The notes under the pieces are model-generated. The model was not told the DNA's origin. It saw only the letters and a list, made by a program, of their open reading frames with translations, and did not search any database. This document shows positions 9,192 through 17,537 of a DNA stretch of 64,000 nucleotides, piece by piece. The position numbers and the translations under genes are program-made. The first letter of the stretch is position 1. Each line of letters starts with the position of its first letter. The stretch is from an uncultured Eubacteriales bacterium (GTDB lineage: Bacteria > Bacillota > Clostridia > Christensenellales > Aristaeellaceae): positions 1,446-65,445 of the forward strand of contig CACWVN010000022.1 of assembly GCA_902764285.1 (NCBI GenBank), read 5' to 3'.

Positions 9192-9815
9192 ATGAATACC
9201 CTGATCGCTTGGTTCTCCTGGAGCGGAAATACCCGGGACATCGCGGAGCGTATCGCCCGGAAGACCCGTGGCGAGCTGTTCCGGATCGAACGCGAGGTGC
9301 CCTACAGCACGGACTACAGCATCTGCGCGTACAGGGAGGCCAGGGAGGAAGCTGACAGGCAGCTGAGGCCTGCCATCAAGGAACCGTTGCCGGAGATCGC
9401 GGATTACGACGCGGTGATCATCGCCTTTCCGATATGGTGGTACACCATGCCCGCGCCGGTCAAGACCTTTCTGGAGCGCTGGCCGGACTGGCAGGGCAAG
9501 CGGCTGTATGTGTTCGCCAACTCCTACACCGACGACAGGAGCCAGTTTATGAACGCTATGGTCGCGGCAATGGAATGCGCGAATGGCGCGGATGTGCGTC
9601 CTGGTCTATACAATAAAGACATCGACAAGCTCTGTAGTTGGGTAAAAGAGAATGGATTCACAAGGAGGCGGCAATATGAAAAAGCTGATAACGATGATCC
9701 TTGCGGCGCTGGCGCTGACCGTGGGATCGCTTGCGGAAGGAGCGGAGACGACCATGAAGATTCCCCAGACGGGCATGACGAAGCCTGTGCCCACGGCCTA
9801 TACCGCGCCGTCTGA
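9192..9815 (+). CDS. flavodoxin family protein (the ORF runs on into the next gene)
   Basis: Contains MNTLIAWFSWSGNTRDIAERIA and FPIWWYTMPAPVKTF motifs. Homology appears to end near WVKENGF, but no stop occurs until 9815. Confidence 0.6.
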   Translation: MNTLIAWFSWSGNTRDIAERIARKTRGELFRIEREVPYSTDYSICAYREAREEADRQLRPAIKEPLPEIADYDAVIIAFPIWWYTMPAPVKTFLERWPDWQGKRLYVFANSYTDDRSQFMNAMVAAMECANGADVRPGLYNKDIDKLCSWVKENGFTRRRQYEKADNDDPCGAGADRGIACGRSGDDHEDSPDGHDEACAHGLYRAV

Positions 9816-10641
9816 GCATCCCGGTACCGTCGTGCAGGTGGAGTACGATTCCCAGGACTATCTTCGGGGCGACGCGCCGGTGAGCAAGACCGCCTGGGTA
9901 TACCTGCCCTATGGCTACGACGAGAACGATACTGAAACCCGCTATGACATCCTCTACCTGATGCACGGCTGGGGCGGCGCTGCAGGGGAGTACTTCTACA
10001 TGGGCGACGGCATGATCAAAAACATGCTGGACCACATGATCGAGAATGGCGAGATCCGGCCCGTCATCGCCGTGTCCGCCACCTTCTACAACGCGAACAG
10101 CGACCGGGATTTCGGCGCTTCCGAGGACGCGCTGAGGGAGTTCCACAGGGATTTCACCGACCACCTGATGCCCGCGGTCGAGGGGACGTTTCACACCTAC
10201 GCCGCCTCCACCTCTCTGGAGGACCTGGCGGCATCGCGGGATCACCGGGCATTCGGGGGCTTCTCGCTGGGCAGCGTGACCACCTGGATGGAATTCTGCC
10301 ATGATACGGATTATATCCGGTACTTCCTGCCCATGAGCGGTTCCAGCTGGTACTACGGCACCTATGGCGATTTCCAGACCGTGCGCAATGTGGACTATGT
10401 CCAGCAGATCGTCGAGGAAAACGACCTGAACGAGCGGGGCTACTTCATCTACCACGCTGTGGGCACCGAGGATGTGGTCAAGAGCCAGACCCTGATGATG
10501 GCGGACGAGATGATGTCCAGGGACGGCGTGTTCCCGCCGGAGCACTACGTTTTCTACCAGAAGGAAGGCGGCCACCACGACTTCGACGCCGTACAGGAAT
10601 TCATGTTCAACGCCCTGCCGCTGTTCTTTCCGCAGGGCTGA
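9676..10641 (+). CDS. secreted alpha/beta hydrolase (esterase family)
   Basis: AGGAGG ribosome-binding site, signal peptide MKKLITMILAALALTVGSLA, and a GFSLG nucleophile elbow. Confidence 0.75.
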   Translation: MKKLITMILAALALTVGSLAEGAETTMKIPQTGMTKPVPTAYTAPSEHPGTVVQVEYDSQDYLRGDAPVSKTAWVYLPYGYDENDTETRYDILYLMHGWGGAAGEYFYMGDGMIKNMLDHMIENGEIRPVIAVSATFYNANSDRDFGASEDALREFHRDFTDHLMPAVEGTFHTYAASTSLEDLAASRDHRAFGGFSLGSVTTWMEFCHDTDYIRYFLPMSGSSWYYGTYGDFQTVRNVDYVQQIVEENDLNERGYFIYHAVGTEDVVKSQTLMMADEMMSRDGVFPPEHYVFYQKEGGHHDFDAVQEFMFNALPLFFPQG

Positions 10642-10970
10642 ACGATAGATCGAAAAGGAGGCAAACACCATGAAGAAACTGCTTACCGTACTGCTGATCG
10701 TTGCAATGCTTTTCAGCGCTCTTACCGCGCTCGCGGAGGAGGCGGATACTACCCTAAACCTTTCCGACATCGGCATGTTTTCCGCGGGCGGCACGGTGAC
10801 CGAACCCGTGGAGGGCGAGTACGACCCGACCCAGAACTGGATGGACGTGAACCGCCCAGGCAACACCGCCCATGTGGATCACGCCAACGTGCTCTACATG
10901 ACGCCTGCCAAGGACAACGGCAACCCCATCGTGTACCTGCACGGCTACGGCCAGAGTCGCATGGGCTGGC

Positions 10971-11059
10971 AAGGCAACCCTGCCGCTGGCAGGGTTGTCC
11001 CAGCCTGAAAGGCTGGGATGGCGCGTCACGATTCATAGAATCGGGACGTGCCACCTGAC
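10971..11059 (+). repeat. triple-hairpin element A
   Basis: AAGG; CAACCCTGCC-GCT-GGCAGGGTTG; CCCAGCC-TGAAA-GGCTGGG; 7-nt spacer; GTCACGATTC-ATA-GAATCGGGAC; tail GTGCCACCTG. Confidence 0.8.
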
Positions 11060-11235
11060 ACGCCGGACGGGCGCGACGGCTGGGCCCAGATGTTCCTGCG
11101 CAACGGCCACGCCGCCTATCTGGTGGATCAACCCGGACGCGGCGAGGCGGGCGCGGCGGCCTCCATGACCACGGACGGCTTCCTGGACGCCTGGGCCGAG
11201 GATTCCAAGGACTACAAGCCCGGTGACCAGGCCAG

Positions 11236-11326
11236 AAGGCGCGAAACCGAAGGTTTCGCGGTCTGGCGCATGGCGCCAGACTGGCTTGGCTGAATCGGAG
11301 ATTCAGGCAAGCCACCGCACACCCAT
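11236..11326 (+). repeat. triple-hairpin element B
   Basis: AAGG; CGCGAAACC-GAA-GGTTTCGCG; GTCTGGCGC-ATG-GCGCCAGAC; TG; GCTTGGCTGAATC-GGA-GATTCAGGCAAGC; tail CACCGCAC. Confidence 0.8.
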
Positions 11327-11821
11327 TTCCGCATCGGGCGCGTGGCCCCGGAGCGCTACGAGGGCAGTCAGTTCCCGGAGGGTGAGGCGGCGCAGGACCA
11401 GTTCTTCCGCCAGATGACGCCCAACACTACCACCTTCGACATGGCTAAGTCCGCCGCCGCGGTGTCCGCGGTGCTGGCGGAGGTGAAGGAACGCACCGGC
11501 AACAAGCCCATCTTCATCACCCATTCTCAGGGCGGCGCGGTCGGCTGGGACGTGGATGTAGAGAACATCAGCGCCATCATCGCCATCGAGCCCGGCGGAG
11601 CGCCCGAGGTGGACAGCGAGCAGTACAACAGGCTGCTGGAGGCTAAGATCCCGATCATCTTCTATTTCGGTGACTACATGGAGAACGGTCCCGAGGACAT
11701 CATGTCCAGCGGCTTCTGGAGCGGCATCAAGGCCGGTTCCTTCGCCTTCGCCGAGGCCTACAACGCCGCGGGCGGCGACGCCACCGTCATCGACCTGCCG
11801 GCCATCGGCATCACCGGCAAC

Positions 11822-11908
11822 ATGCGGTGCCGCGTCTCAAATCTCTGATTTGAGCCGTGGCAGTCTGGCCTTCGGCCAGACCAACCTTGCCTTTGGCAAG
11901 GTTGCCTT
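11822..11908 (-). repeat. triple-hairpin element C (inverted relative to A, B and D)
   Basis: Plus strand reads CTCAAATC-TCT-GATTTGAG; 8-nt spacer; GTCTGGCC-TTC-GGCCAGAC; CAACCTTGCC-TTT-GGCAAGGTTG; CCTT. The reverse complement gives the same AAGG / hairpin a / hairpin b / spacer / hairpin c / ACGCGGCACCGC order. Confidence 0.8.
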
Positions 11909-11993
11909 CACTTCATGTTCCAGGAGCTGAACAACCGGGAGATCGCCGACCACATCGAGAACTGGCTGGGCGAGCACGGCCTGAATTGATACG

Positions 11994-12800
11994 ATGGCAG
12001 AAAAGATAATGGCTCTACTGACAGCACTCATTCTGATAGCTTCCTTCGCGCTTGCGGAGGGGGCTGTCACCACGGGAAGTGTTGAGGATCGAGGCTTCGT
12101 GCTGAACAACGTGCTGCACGACCCTGAGCGCGAAGACATTCACTTCAGTCTGTATGTCCCCGAAAGCTATGACAGCTCGCAGCCCGTGCCGCTGTACGTC
12201 GCGCTGCCGGGCTGGGAGGGGCTGTACTTCCAGGACGTGGGCGCGGACCTGAAATGGGAGACGATGCCCTTCGCCGCACGGGAATACGACCCGGACATGA
12301 TCATCGCCTCCGCACAGTTGAATGACTGGGGCATGACCTCCGCGCAGGATGCCGTCGCGCTTACAGAATATCTGATGAGTGCCTACAGCATCGACCCGAA
12401 CCGCGTCTACCTGAGCGGCTATTCCGGCGGCGGGGAGACGGGCTCCCTCGTCATGGAGCTGCGCCCGGAGCTTTACGCGGCCTACCTGATGATGGCCTCA
12501 CAATGGGACGGGGGGTTGGAGCCGCTGGCGGAGGCCCGGACCCCGGTCTACATGATCATCGGCGAGGACGACAGCTACTATGGCTCCGAGTCCCTGAAAA
12601 ACGCCTACGCCGAGCTTCACACGTTGTATGAGACAAAAGGACTTTCAGACGCGGAGATCGACGACATTCTGGTATTGAATGTCAAGGATGCCGACTGGTT
12701 CAAAGAGCGTGGTATTTCCGACCAGCACGGCGGCGGAATGGCCTTCCCGGAGGAACCGGGGCTGCTGGAATGGTTTTTCTCGAAGACAAAGAAAGGATGA
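11994..12800 (+). CDS. secreted alpha/beta hydrolase (esterase/depolymerase type)
   Basis: Signal peptide followed by a GYSGG nucleophile elbow. Confidence 0.7.
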   Translation: MAEKIMALLTALILIASFALAEGAVTTGSVEDRGFVLNNVLHDPEREDIHFSLYVPESYDSSQPVPLYVALPGWEGLYFQDVGADLKWETMPFAAREYDPDMIIASAQLNDWGMTSAQDAVALTEYLMSAYSIDPNRVYLSGYSGGGETGSLVMELRPELYAAYLMMASQWDGGLEPLAEARTPVYMIIGEDDSYYGSESLKNAYAELHTLYETKGLSDAEIDDILVLNVKDADWFKERGISDQHGGGMAFPEEPGLLEWFFSKTKKG

Positions 12801-12806
12801 TATGAA

Positions 12807-13346
12807 ATGAAGAAGATTATCGCTGTAATGCTTATGTGCCTGCTCCTCGTTCCCGCCGCCCTGGCGGAGAACGCCATCGTCGTATACTTCTCCGCCACCG
12901 GCACGACCGAACAGATTGCCAATGGCATTGCGGCACAGACCGGCGCCGATATGTTCCCCATCGAGCCCGTGGTGCCCTACACCGACGACGACCTGAACTG
13001 GCGCGACCCCGATAGCCGGGTCTGCGTGGAGCACGAGGCTGGTGAGGCGCCGGTGGAACTGGTGTCCGTGGAGGTGCCCAGCTGGGCGGATTACGATACC
13101 GTGTACATCGGCTATCCCATCTGGTGGCAGGACGCCTCCTGGGTGATGGACAATTTCGTGACCGCCAACGACTTCACCGGCAAGACGGTGATCCCCTTCT
13201 GCACCTCCCAGGCCTCCGGTTATGGCGAGAGCGGTGAGCGCCTGGCCGCGAAGGCCGGAACGGGAAACTGGATCGTCGGCGGAAATTTCTTTGGCGAAGC
13301 CGCCGATGAGGAGATCTCTGAGTGGCTGAACGGATTAGAGAAGTGA
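12807..13346 (+). CDS. flavodoxin with an N-terminal signal peptide
   Basis: MKKIIAVMLMCLLLVPAALA followed by VVYFSATGTTEQIA and YPIWWQDASW flavodoxin motifs. Confidence 0.7.
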   Translation: MKKIIAVMLMCLLLVPAALAENAIVVYFSATGTTEQIANGIAAQTGADMFPIEPVVPYTDDDLNWRDPDSRVCVEHEAGEAPVELVSVEVPSWADYDTVYIGYPIWWQDASWVMDNFVTANDFTGKTVIPFCTSQASGYGESGERLAAKAGTGNWIVGGNFFGEAADEEISEWLNGLEK

Positions 13347-13365
13347 GCATGAAGGGGGTTATGTC

Positions 13366-13998
13366 GTGAAGAAATCAAAAGCGCTTCTATTCATCGTTCT
13401 CATGTTGAGCGTGCCTCTTTCCGCCATGGCGGAGAGCCTGGGCAATTCCATCATCATCTACTTTGACTACAGCGAGAACATCGTCACCGACGGTCTGGAC
13501 GTGGACGCCGTCAGCTCGGCCAGCGTTGCAGAGGGCCCGGGCGTGAGGGATATCGGCAATCTGCTGGTGATGGTCGACCTGATCGAACAGCGCTCCGGAG
13601 CTGCGATCTATCCGCTTCATATCACGGAAAAGTACGCGCCGATGTACATGGACATGGTGGACGGCGCGCGTGCCGACAAGGAGAACGACCGGCAGTTCAC
13701 CTTTGAGGAATCCCTGCCGGACCTGTCGGACGTGGACACCGTGTTCTTCGGTTCTCCCATCTGGTGGTATGACATGCCCCAGCCCGTGGTCAACTTCTTC
13801 CAGCAGGTCGACCTGTCCGGCAAGCGCTTCATGTATTTCAGCATCAACCGCGGCAGCGGCAACAGCGGCGTCATCGAGCGCCTCAAAGAGTTCCAGCCCG
13901 GGCTGACCGTGGCGGCGGAATACTCCCTGGACGCCATGCAGACCAACGAAAGCGCTGCCGAAGAGTTCAACGCCTGGCTGGACTCCCTCAGCCGATAA
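13366..13998 (+). CDS. flavodoxin-like protein with an N-terminal signal peptide
   Basis: GTG start, signal peptide MKKSKALLFIVLMLSVPLSAMA, and an SPIWWYDMPQPV motif. Confidence 0.65.
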   Translation: MKKSKALLFIVLMLSVPLSAMAESLGNSIIIYFDYSENIVTDGLDVDAVSSASVAEGPGVRDIGNLLVMVDLIEQRSGAAIYPLHITEKYAPMYMDMVDGARADKENDRQFTFEESLPDLSDVDTVFFGSPIWWYDMPQPVVNFFQQVDLSGKRFMYFSINRGSGNSGVIERLKEFQPGLTVAAEYSLDAMQTNESAAEEFNAWLDSLSR

Positions 13999-14001
13999 TT
14001 C

Positions 14002-14949
14002 ATGAAGAAGCTGATGATATGGCTGGCGCTGCCAGCAATGATTTGTGCGCTATTCATGATGGCGGAGGCAGAACCGATGATCTGGGACGAGAATACGGGC
14101 ATCAATGAAGTGATTGCCTACTCCGGCTTCGGGGACTGGGGACGGCTGATCTTCCCGGTGGACGAGGGCTACTACAGCGGCAGCACGCTCAAGGACCTGC
14201 GCCTGACCTGGTACAGCAACATTCAGCCCGCAAAGACGGTGGAGATCGTCAATTACTTCAAAGAAATGGTCGACGTCGGCGAGACAGTTTTCTACGACAT
14301 CTACACCGACGCGGAGAAGGCCGCTGATCCATGGAAGGCGGACACAGGACTGTTCTTCTTCCGAGGCAATCCCGGCGCGAAGTTCGCCATCTGCAACGCG
14401 GGCGGCGGGTTTGCCTACGTCGGTGCCATGCACGACAGCTTTCCCCACGCGCTGGAGCTGAGCAGGAAGGGTTACAACGCCTTTGCGCTGATCTACCGCC
14501 CCGGCGCGCAGACCGCCTGCGAGGATTTGGCGCGGGCCATCGCGTTCATCCACGAGCACGCGGATGAGCTGGAAGTGGATGTCAGCGACTACTCCCTCTG
14601 GGGCGGCAGTGCGGGCGCTCGAATGGCGGCGTGGCTGGGCAGCTACGGCACGGCGGCCTTTGGCGAGGCGGAATATCCCCGCCCCGGCGCGGTGATCATG
14701 CAGTACACCGGCCTCGGCGAGGTCTACGGCAACGAGCCGCCCACCTACAACTGTGTGGGCACCAATGACGGCATCGCCAGCTACCGCACCATGGAAAGGC
14801 GTATCGCGACAATCCAGGGCAACGGCACCGACGCCATGATCGAGGTGTTCCCCGGTTTGTCCCACGGCTTCGGACTGGGCACCGGCACCGTGGCCGAAGG
14901 CTGGATCGACAACGCGGTTTCCTTCTGGGAAAGAAATATGAATCCATAA
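14002..14949 (+). CDS. alpha/beta hydrolase
   Basis: Hydrophobic N-terminus and a GGSAGA nucleophile elbow, in the same operon-like array as its neighbours. Confidence 0.7.
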   Translation: MKKLMIWLALPAMICALFMMAEAEPMIWDENTGINEVIAYSGFGDWGRLIFPVDEGYYSGSTLKDLRLTWYSNIQPAKTVEIVNYFKEMVDVGETVFYDIYTDAEKAADPWKADTGLFFFRGNPGAKFAICNAGGGFAYVGAMHDSFPHALELSRKGYNAFALIYRPGAQTACEDLARAIAFIHEHADELEVDVSDYSLWGGSAGARMAAWLGSYGTAAFGEAEYPRPGAVIMQYTGLGEVYGNEPPTYNCVGTNDGIASYRTMERRIATIQGNGTDAMIEVFPGLSHGFGLGTGTVAEGWIDNAVSFWERNMNP

Positions 14950-14966
14950 AGAGGGGGAGCATCAAC

Positions 14967-15329
14967 ATGAAAGAACAGGTTTTGAAGCAGTCTCAGGTAT
15001 TCTGGAAGGGGCTTGAAAGGGCCGATTCGGCGGCCATGCGTTCTGTGTGTGACGATAAGTGCATCTTTGTTCATATCGGCGGGAACTGCGATCTGGATAA
15101 GGAGATGGAAGCCTTTGAACAGAAGGTTTTCCAGCCCACAAAGATCACCCTGCACGGCCAGGAAGCCCGCCTGTTCGGCGACGTGGCCATCGTCATCAGC
15201 GACGTGGACTACGGCCTGCTGCTGGGCGGCCAGCCCACAACCCATCATTTCACCACGACGGAGGTTTTCCAGAAACAGGGCGACGAGTGGAAGCTGATCC
15301 AGTTCACTTTCACGGCCCTGGTGCATTGA
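14967..15329 (+). CDS. NTF2-like (SnoaL/DUF4440-type) protein
   Basis: 120-aa ORF whose size and sequence pattern are typical of nuclear transport factor 2 family proteins. Confidence 0.5.
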   Translation: MKEQVLKQSQVFWKGLERADSAAMRSVCDDKCIFVHIGGNCDLDKEMEAFEQKVFQPTKITLHGQEARLFGDVAIVISDVDYGLLLGGQPTTHHFTTTEVFQKQGDEWKLIQFTFTALVH

Positions 15330-15337
15330 GGCGCGAT

Positions 15338-16074
15338 ATGGACAGACCAAAGATCATCTGCCACATTCTGCAAAGCGTGGACGGAAACATCGACGGCGAC
15401 TTCTTCACCCTGCCTGAACTGAGCCCCGCGTACCGGGCGTTTTCCCGCATCCGGGAAGAATTCGCCTGTGATGCCGTTATCAGCGGGGCGACGACTGCCG
15501 CGGAGATCTATCGCGGCAGATTCGTGGACAAACTGCCGACGAGCTCCGAACGCTGGCCCCGCACGGACCGGAAAGCCGCAAGCGCGGAGAAGTACGCAGT
15601 TGTCATCGACGGCACAGGCACCGTTCGCTGGGAGAGCGGCAGCGTCGAGCGCAAAGGTTGCTTTGCCTTTGGCAAAGCAAGTCGCTTCGCGACTGGCGAC
15701 GGCTCGATTCTGCGAATCGAGACGCGCCACCGGACGCCTACATCAGCCACCTCCGCAAGGCGGGAGTATCCTATATCTTTGCCGGGAAGGACAGCCTGGA
15801 CCTGGCCCTGGCGGCGCGAAAGCTGAAAGAGTTGTTCGGCATCCAGTCCATGCTGCTCTCAGGCGGCGGGGTCGTGGACTGGTCCTTCCTGCAAGCCGGT
15901 CTGATCGACGAAATCAGCCTGGTCGTTCCCCCGGTGATCGATGGCGGGGTCAGGCTGCCCTCCGCCTTCGACGATTCACCGTTAGCTGTCGGCCACGCGC
16001 CGGTCGCGCTACATCTGACAGATGTGCAACGCATGGAAGGAGACGCCCTGTGGCTTCGTTATGTGCCCACATAG
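15338..16074 (+). pseudogene. RibD C-terminal domain / dihydrofolate-reductase-like protein interrupted by an 80-nt hairpin element
   Basis: The N-terminal part (MDRPKIICHILQSVDGNIDG) is in frame 2 and the C-terminal part (AYISHLRKAGVSYIFAG...LLSGGGVV...LWLRYV) is in frame 1. They are separated by element D. Confidence 0.7.
15654..15733 (+). repeat. triple-hairpin element D
   Basis: AAGG; TTGCTTTGCC-TTT-GGCAAAGCAA; GTCGC-TTC-GCGAC; 9-nt spacer; CTCGATTC-TGC-GAATCGAG; tail ACGCGCCACCGG. Confidence 0.8.
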
Positions 16075-16197
16075 TACTTTCGATATACGTGAAGTGTATA
16101 CTGGTATTGATAATAAGTAATGTACATTTGCCGGAAACTCTGGTATAGTATTCACATAGGCAATAGACAGCGTGAATATAAAGAGGAGGAAGCACTC

Positions 16198-16533
16198 ATG
16201 GCACAGAAACAGACCGCAGGCCGGGATTACCTCGGCAAGCTCGCGCCTCAGTTCGCGGCGCTCAATGACGACGTGCTCTTCGGCGAGGTTTGGGCGAGGG
16301 AGGAGCAGCTCTCTGCGCGGGACCGCAGCATGATCACCATAGCGGCTCTTTTCTCGGCGGGGCTGTACCCTCAACTGAAATCCCACCTGGTCCTGGGCAA
16401 GGCCCACGGCATCACGAAGCAGGAAGCGGTTGAGATCGTGACCCAGCTGGCCTTCTACTGTGGCTGGCCCAAAGCGTGGAGCACCTTCCCGATGATCGAC
16501 GAAGTCTGGCCGGAGGAGGGCGAGGCGAAATGA
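16198..16533 (+). CDS. carboxymuconolactone decarboxylase family protein
   Basis: GAGGAGG ribosome-binding site. The pattern LSARDRSMITIAAL...THLVLGKAHGITKQEAVEIVTQLAFYCGWP is typical of CMD/AhpD-like proteins. Confidence 0.7.
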   Translation: MAQKQTAGRDYLGKLAPQFAALNDDVLFGEVWAREEQLSARDRSMITIAALFSAGLYPQLKSHLVLGKAHGITKQEAVEIVTQLAFYCGWPKAWSTFPMIDEVWPEEGEAK

Positions 16534-17528
16534 ACAACCCCTTTGGACTCGTGTACGAGGGCGCCATTACTGAGAACCTTCCCGGCAGGGTGCAGATCCG
16601 CCCCGTGACCTATGAGGTGGAGGGGATCAAGGTCGCCGCGAATCTGTATCTGCCTGCGGACTGCGATGAAACCGGCGACGTGAAGTATCCCGCCGTGGCC
16701 GTTGCCCATCCCAACGGCGGCTGCAAGGAACAGGTGGCCGGGCTGTATACCCAGCGGCTGGCGGAATCGGGCTTCATTGCGCTGGTCTGCGATGCCCGCT
16801 ACCAGGGCGAGAGCGGCGGCGAGCCAAGGCTCAGGGACTATCCCGCCAACCGCATCGAGGACATCAGCGGCATGGTGGATTATCTGACGCTGCTTCCCAT
16901 GGTGGACGCCGGGCGCATCGGTGCGCTGGGTATCTGCGGGGGCGGCGGCTACACACTGGCGGCGGCGCAGACCGACAAGCGCATCAAGGCTGTGGCAACC
17001 CTCTCCATGTTCAATTCCGGGCGCGTGCGCAGGAATGGCTTTATGGACAGTGCCGTGAGCACCATCCAGCAGCGCCTGCGCCGCTCCGCGGAGGCCCGCA
17101 ATGAGGAACTCAAGGGCAACGTACAGTATGAGGGCTTCCTGCCTCCGAAGGCCACCGACGACGAGCTCCGGGCAAAGAGGGCGGAGCTTCCCGAAAACAC
17201 CCTTTATCGGGATGGCATTGAATACTACGGCCTGTCCCACAGGCATCCCAACGCCACAGGCAGCTACACCACGGCGAGCTTCATGAAGCTGATGGCCTTC
17301 GACGTGGAAGACCGGATGGGGCTGATCGACCAGCCGCTTCTGATGATCGCGGGCGAAAAGGCCGACACGCTGTACATGACGCAGGATGCCTTCGACAAGG
17401 CCACCGGCACGGACGACAAGGAACTCTGCCTGATCGAAGGGGCCAGCCACATCCGCACCTATTGGGTGAAGGAATATGTGAACAAGGCCGTAAGCAAGCT
17501 GGACACGTTTTTCAAGGACAATCTGTAG
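16530..17528 (+). CDS. alpha/beta hydrolase (dienelactone-hydrolase-like)
   Basis: ATGA start/stop overlap with the upstream gene and a GICGGGGY elbow. Confidence 0.65.
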   Translation: MNNPFGLVYEGAITENLPGRVQIRPVTYEVEGIKVAANLYLPADCDETGDVKYPAVAVAHPNGGCKEQVAGLYTQRLAESGFIALVCDARYQGESGGEPRLRDYPANRIEDISGMVDYLTLLPMVDAGRIGALGICGGGGYTLAAAQTDKRIKAVATLSMFNSGRVRRNGFMDSAVSTIQQRLRRSAEARNEELKGNVQYEGFLPPKATDDELRAKRAELPENTLYRDGIEYYGLSHRHPNATGSYTTASFMKLMAFDVEDRMGLIDQPLLMIAGEKADTLYMTQDAFDKATGTDDKELCLIEGASHIRTYWVKEYVNKAVSKLDTFFKDNL

Positions 17529-17537
17529 GAGGGCAAT

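Larger units (their letters stand above)
10670..11989 (+). pseudogene. secreted alpha/beta hydrolase interrupted by three 87-nt hairpin elements
   Basis: Four collinear segments all lie in frame 2: signal peptide, DQPGRGEAG, the HSQGG nucleophile elbow, and GITGN|HFMFQ. They are separated by elements at 10971-11059, 11236-11326 and 11822-11908, each carrying an in-frame TGA. Confidence 0.75.

Noticed and set aside
10999-11854. UGA plus hairpin as selenocysteine insertion (SECIS) signals in the interrupted hydrolase.
   Set aside because: The TGA sits in a loop in element A, in a 5' stem arm in B and at a loop/3' arm junction in C. There is therefore no consistent UGA-to-hairpin geometry. The inserted segments are not part of the homologous protein, and TGA is used as an ordinary stop elsewhere in the window.
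10971-15733. Triple-hairpin elements as tRNA-like genes, hammerhead/twister-type ribozymes or Cas9 tracrRNA-like scaffolds (AAGG head, GGCACCG-like tail).
   Set aside because: Stem lengths of 8-13 bp with 3-nt loops do not fit a cloverleaf. There is no CUGAUGA/GAAA hammerhead core or other ribozyme core I recognise. No cas genes are present. I treat the resemblance to sgRNA motifs as coincidence.
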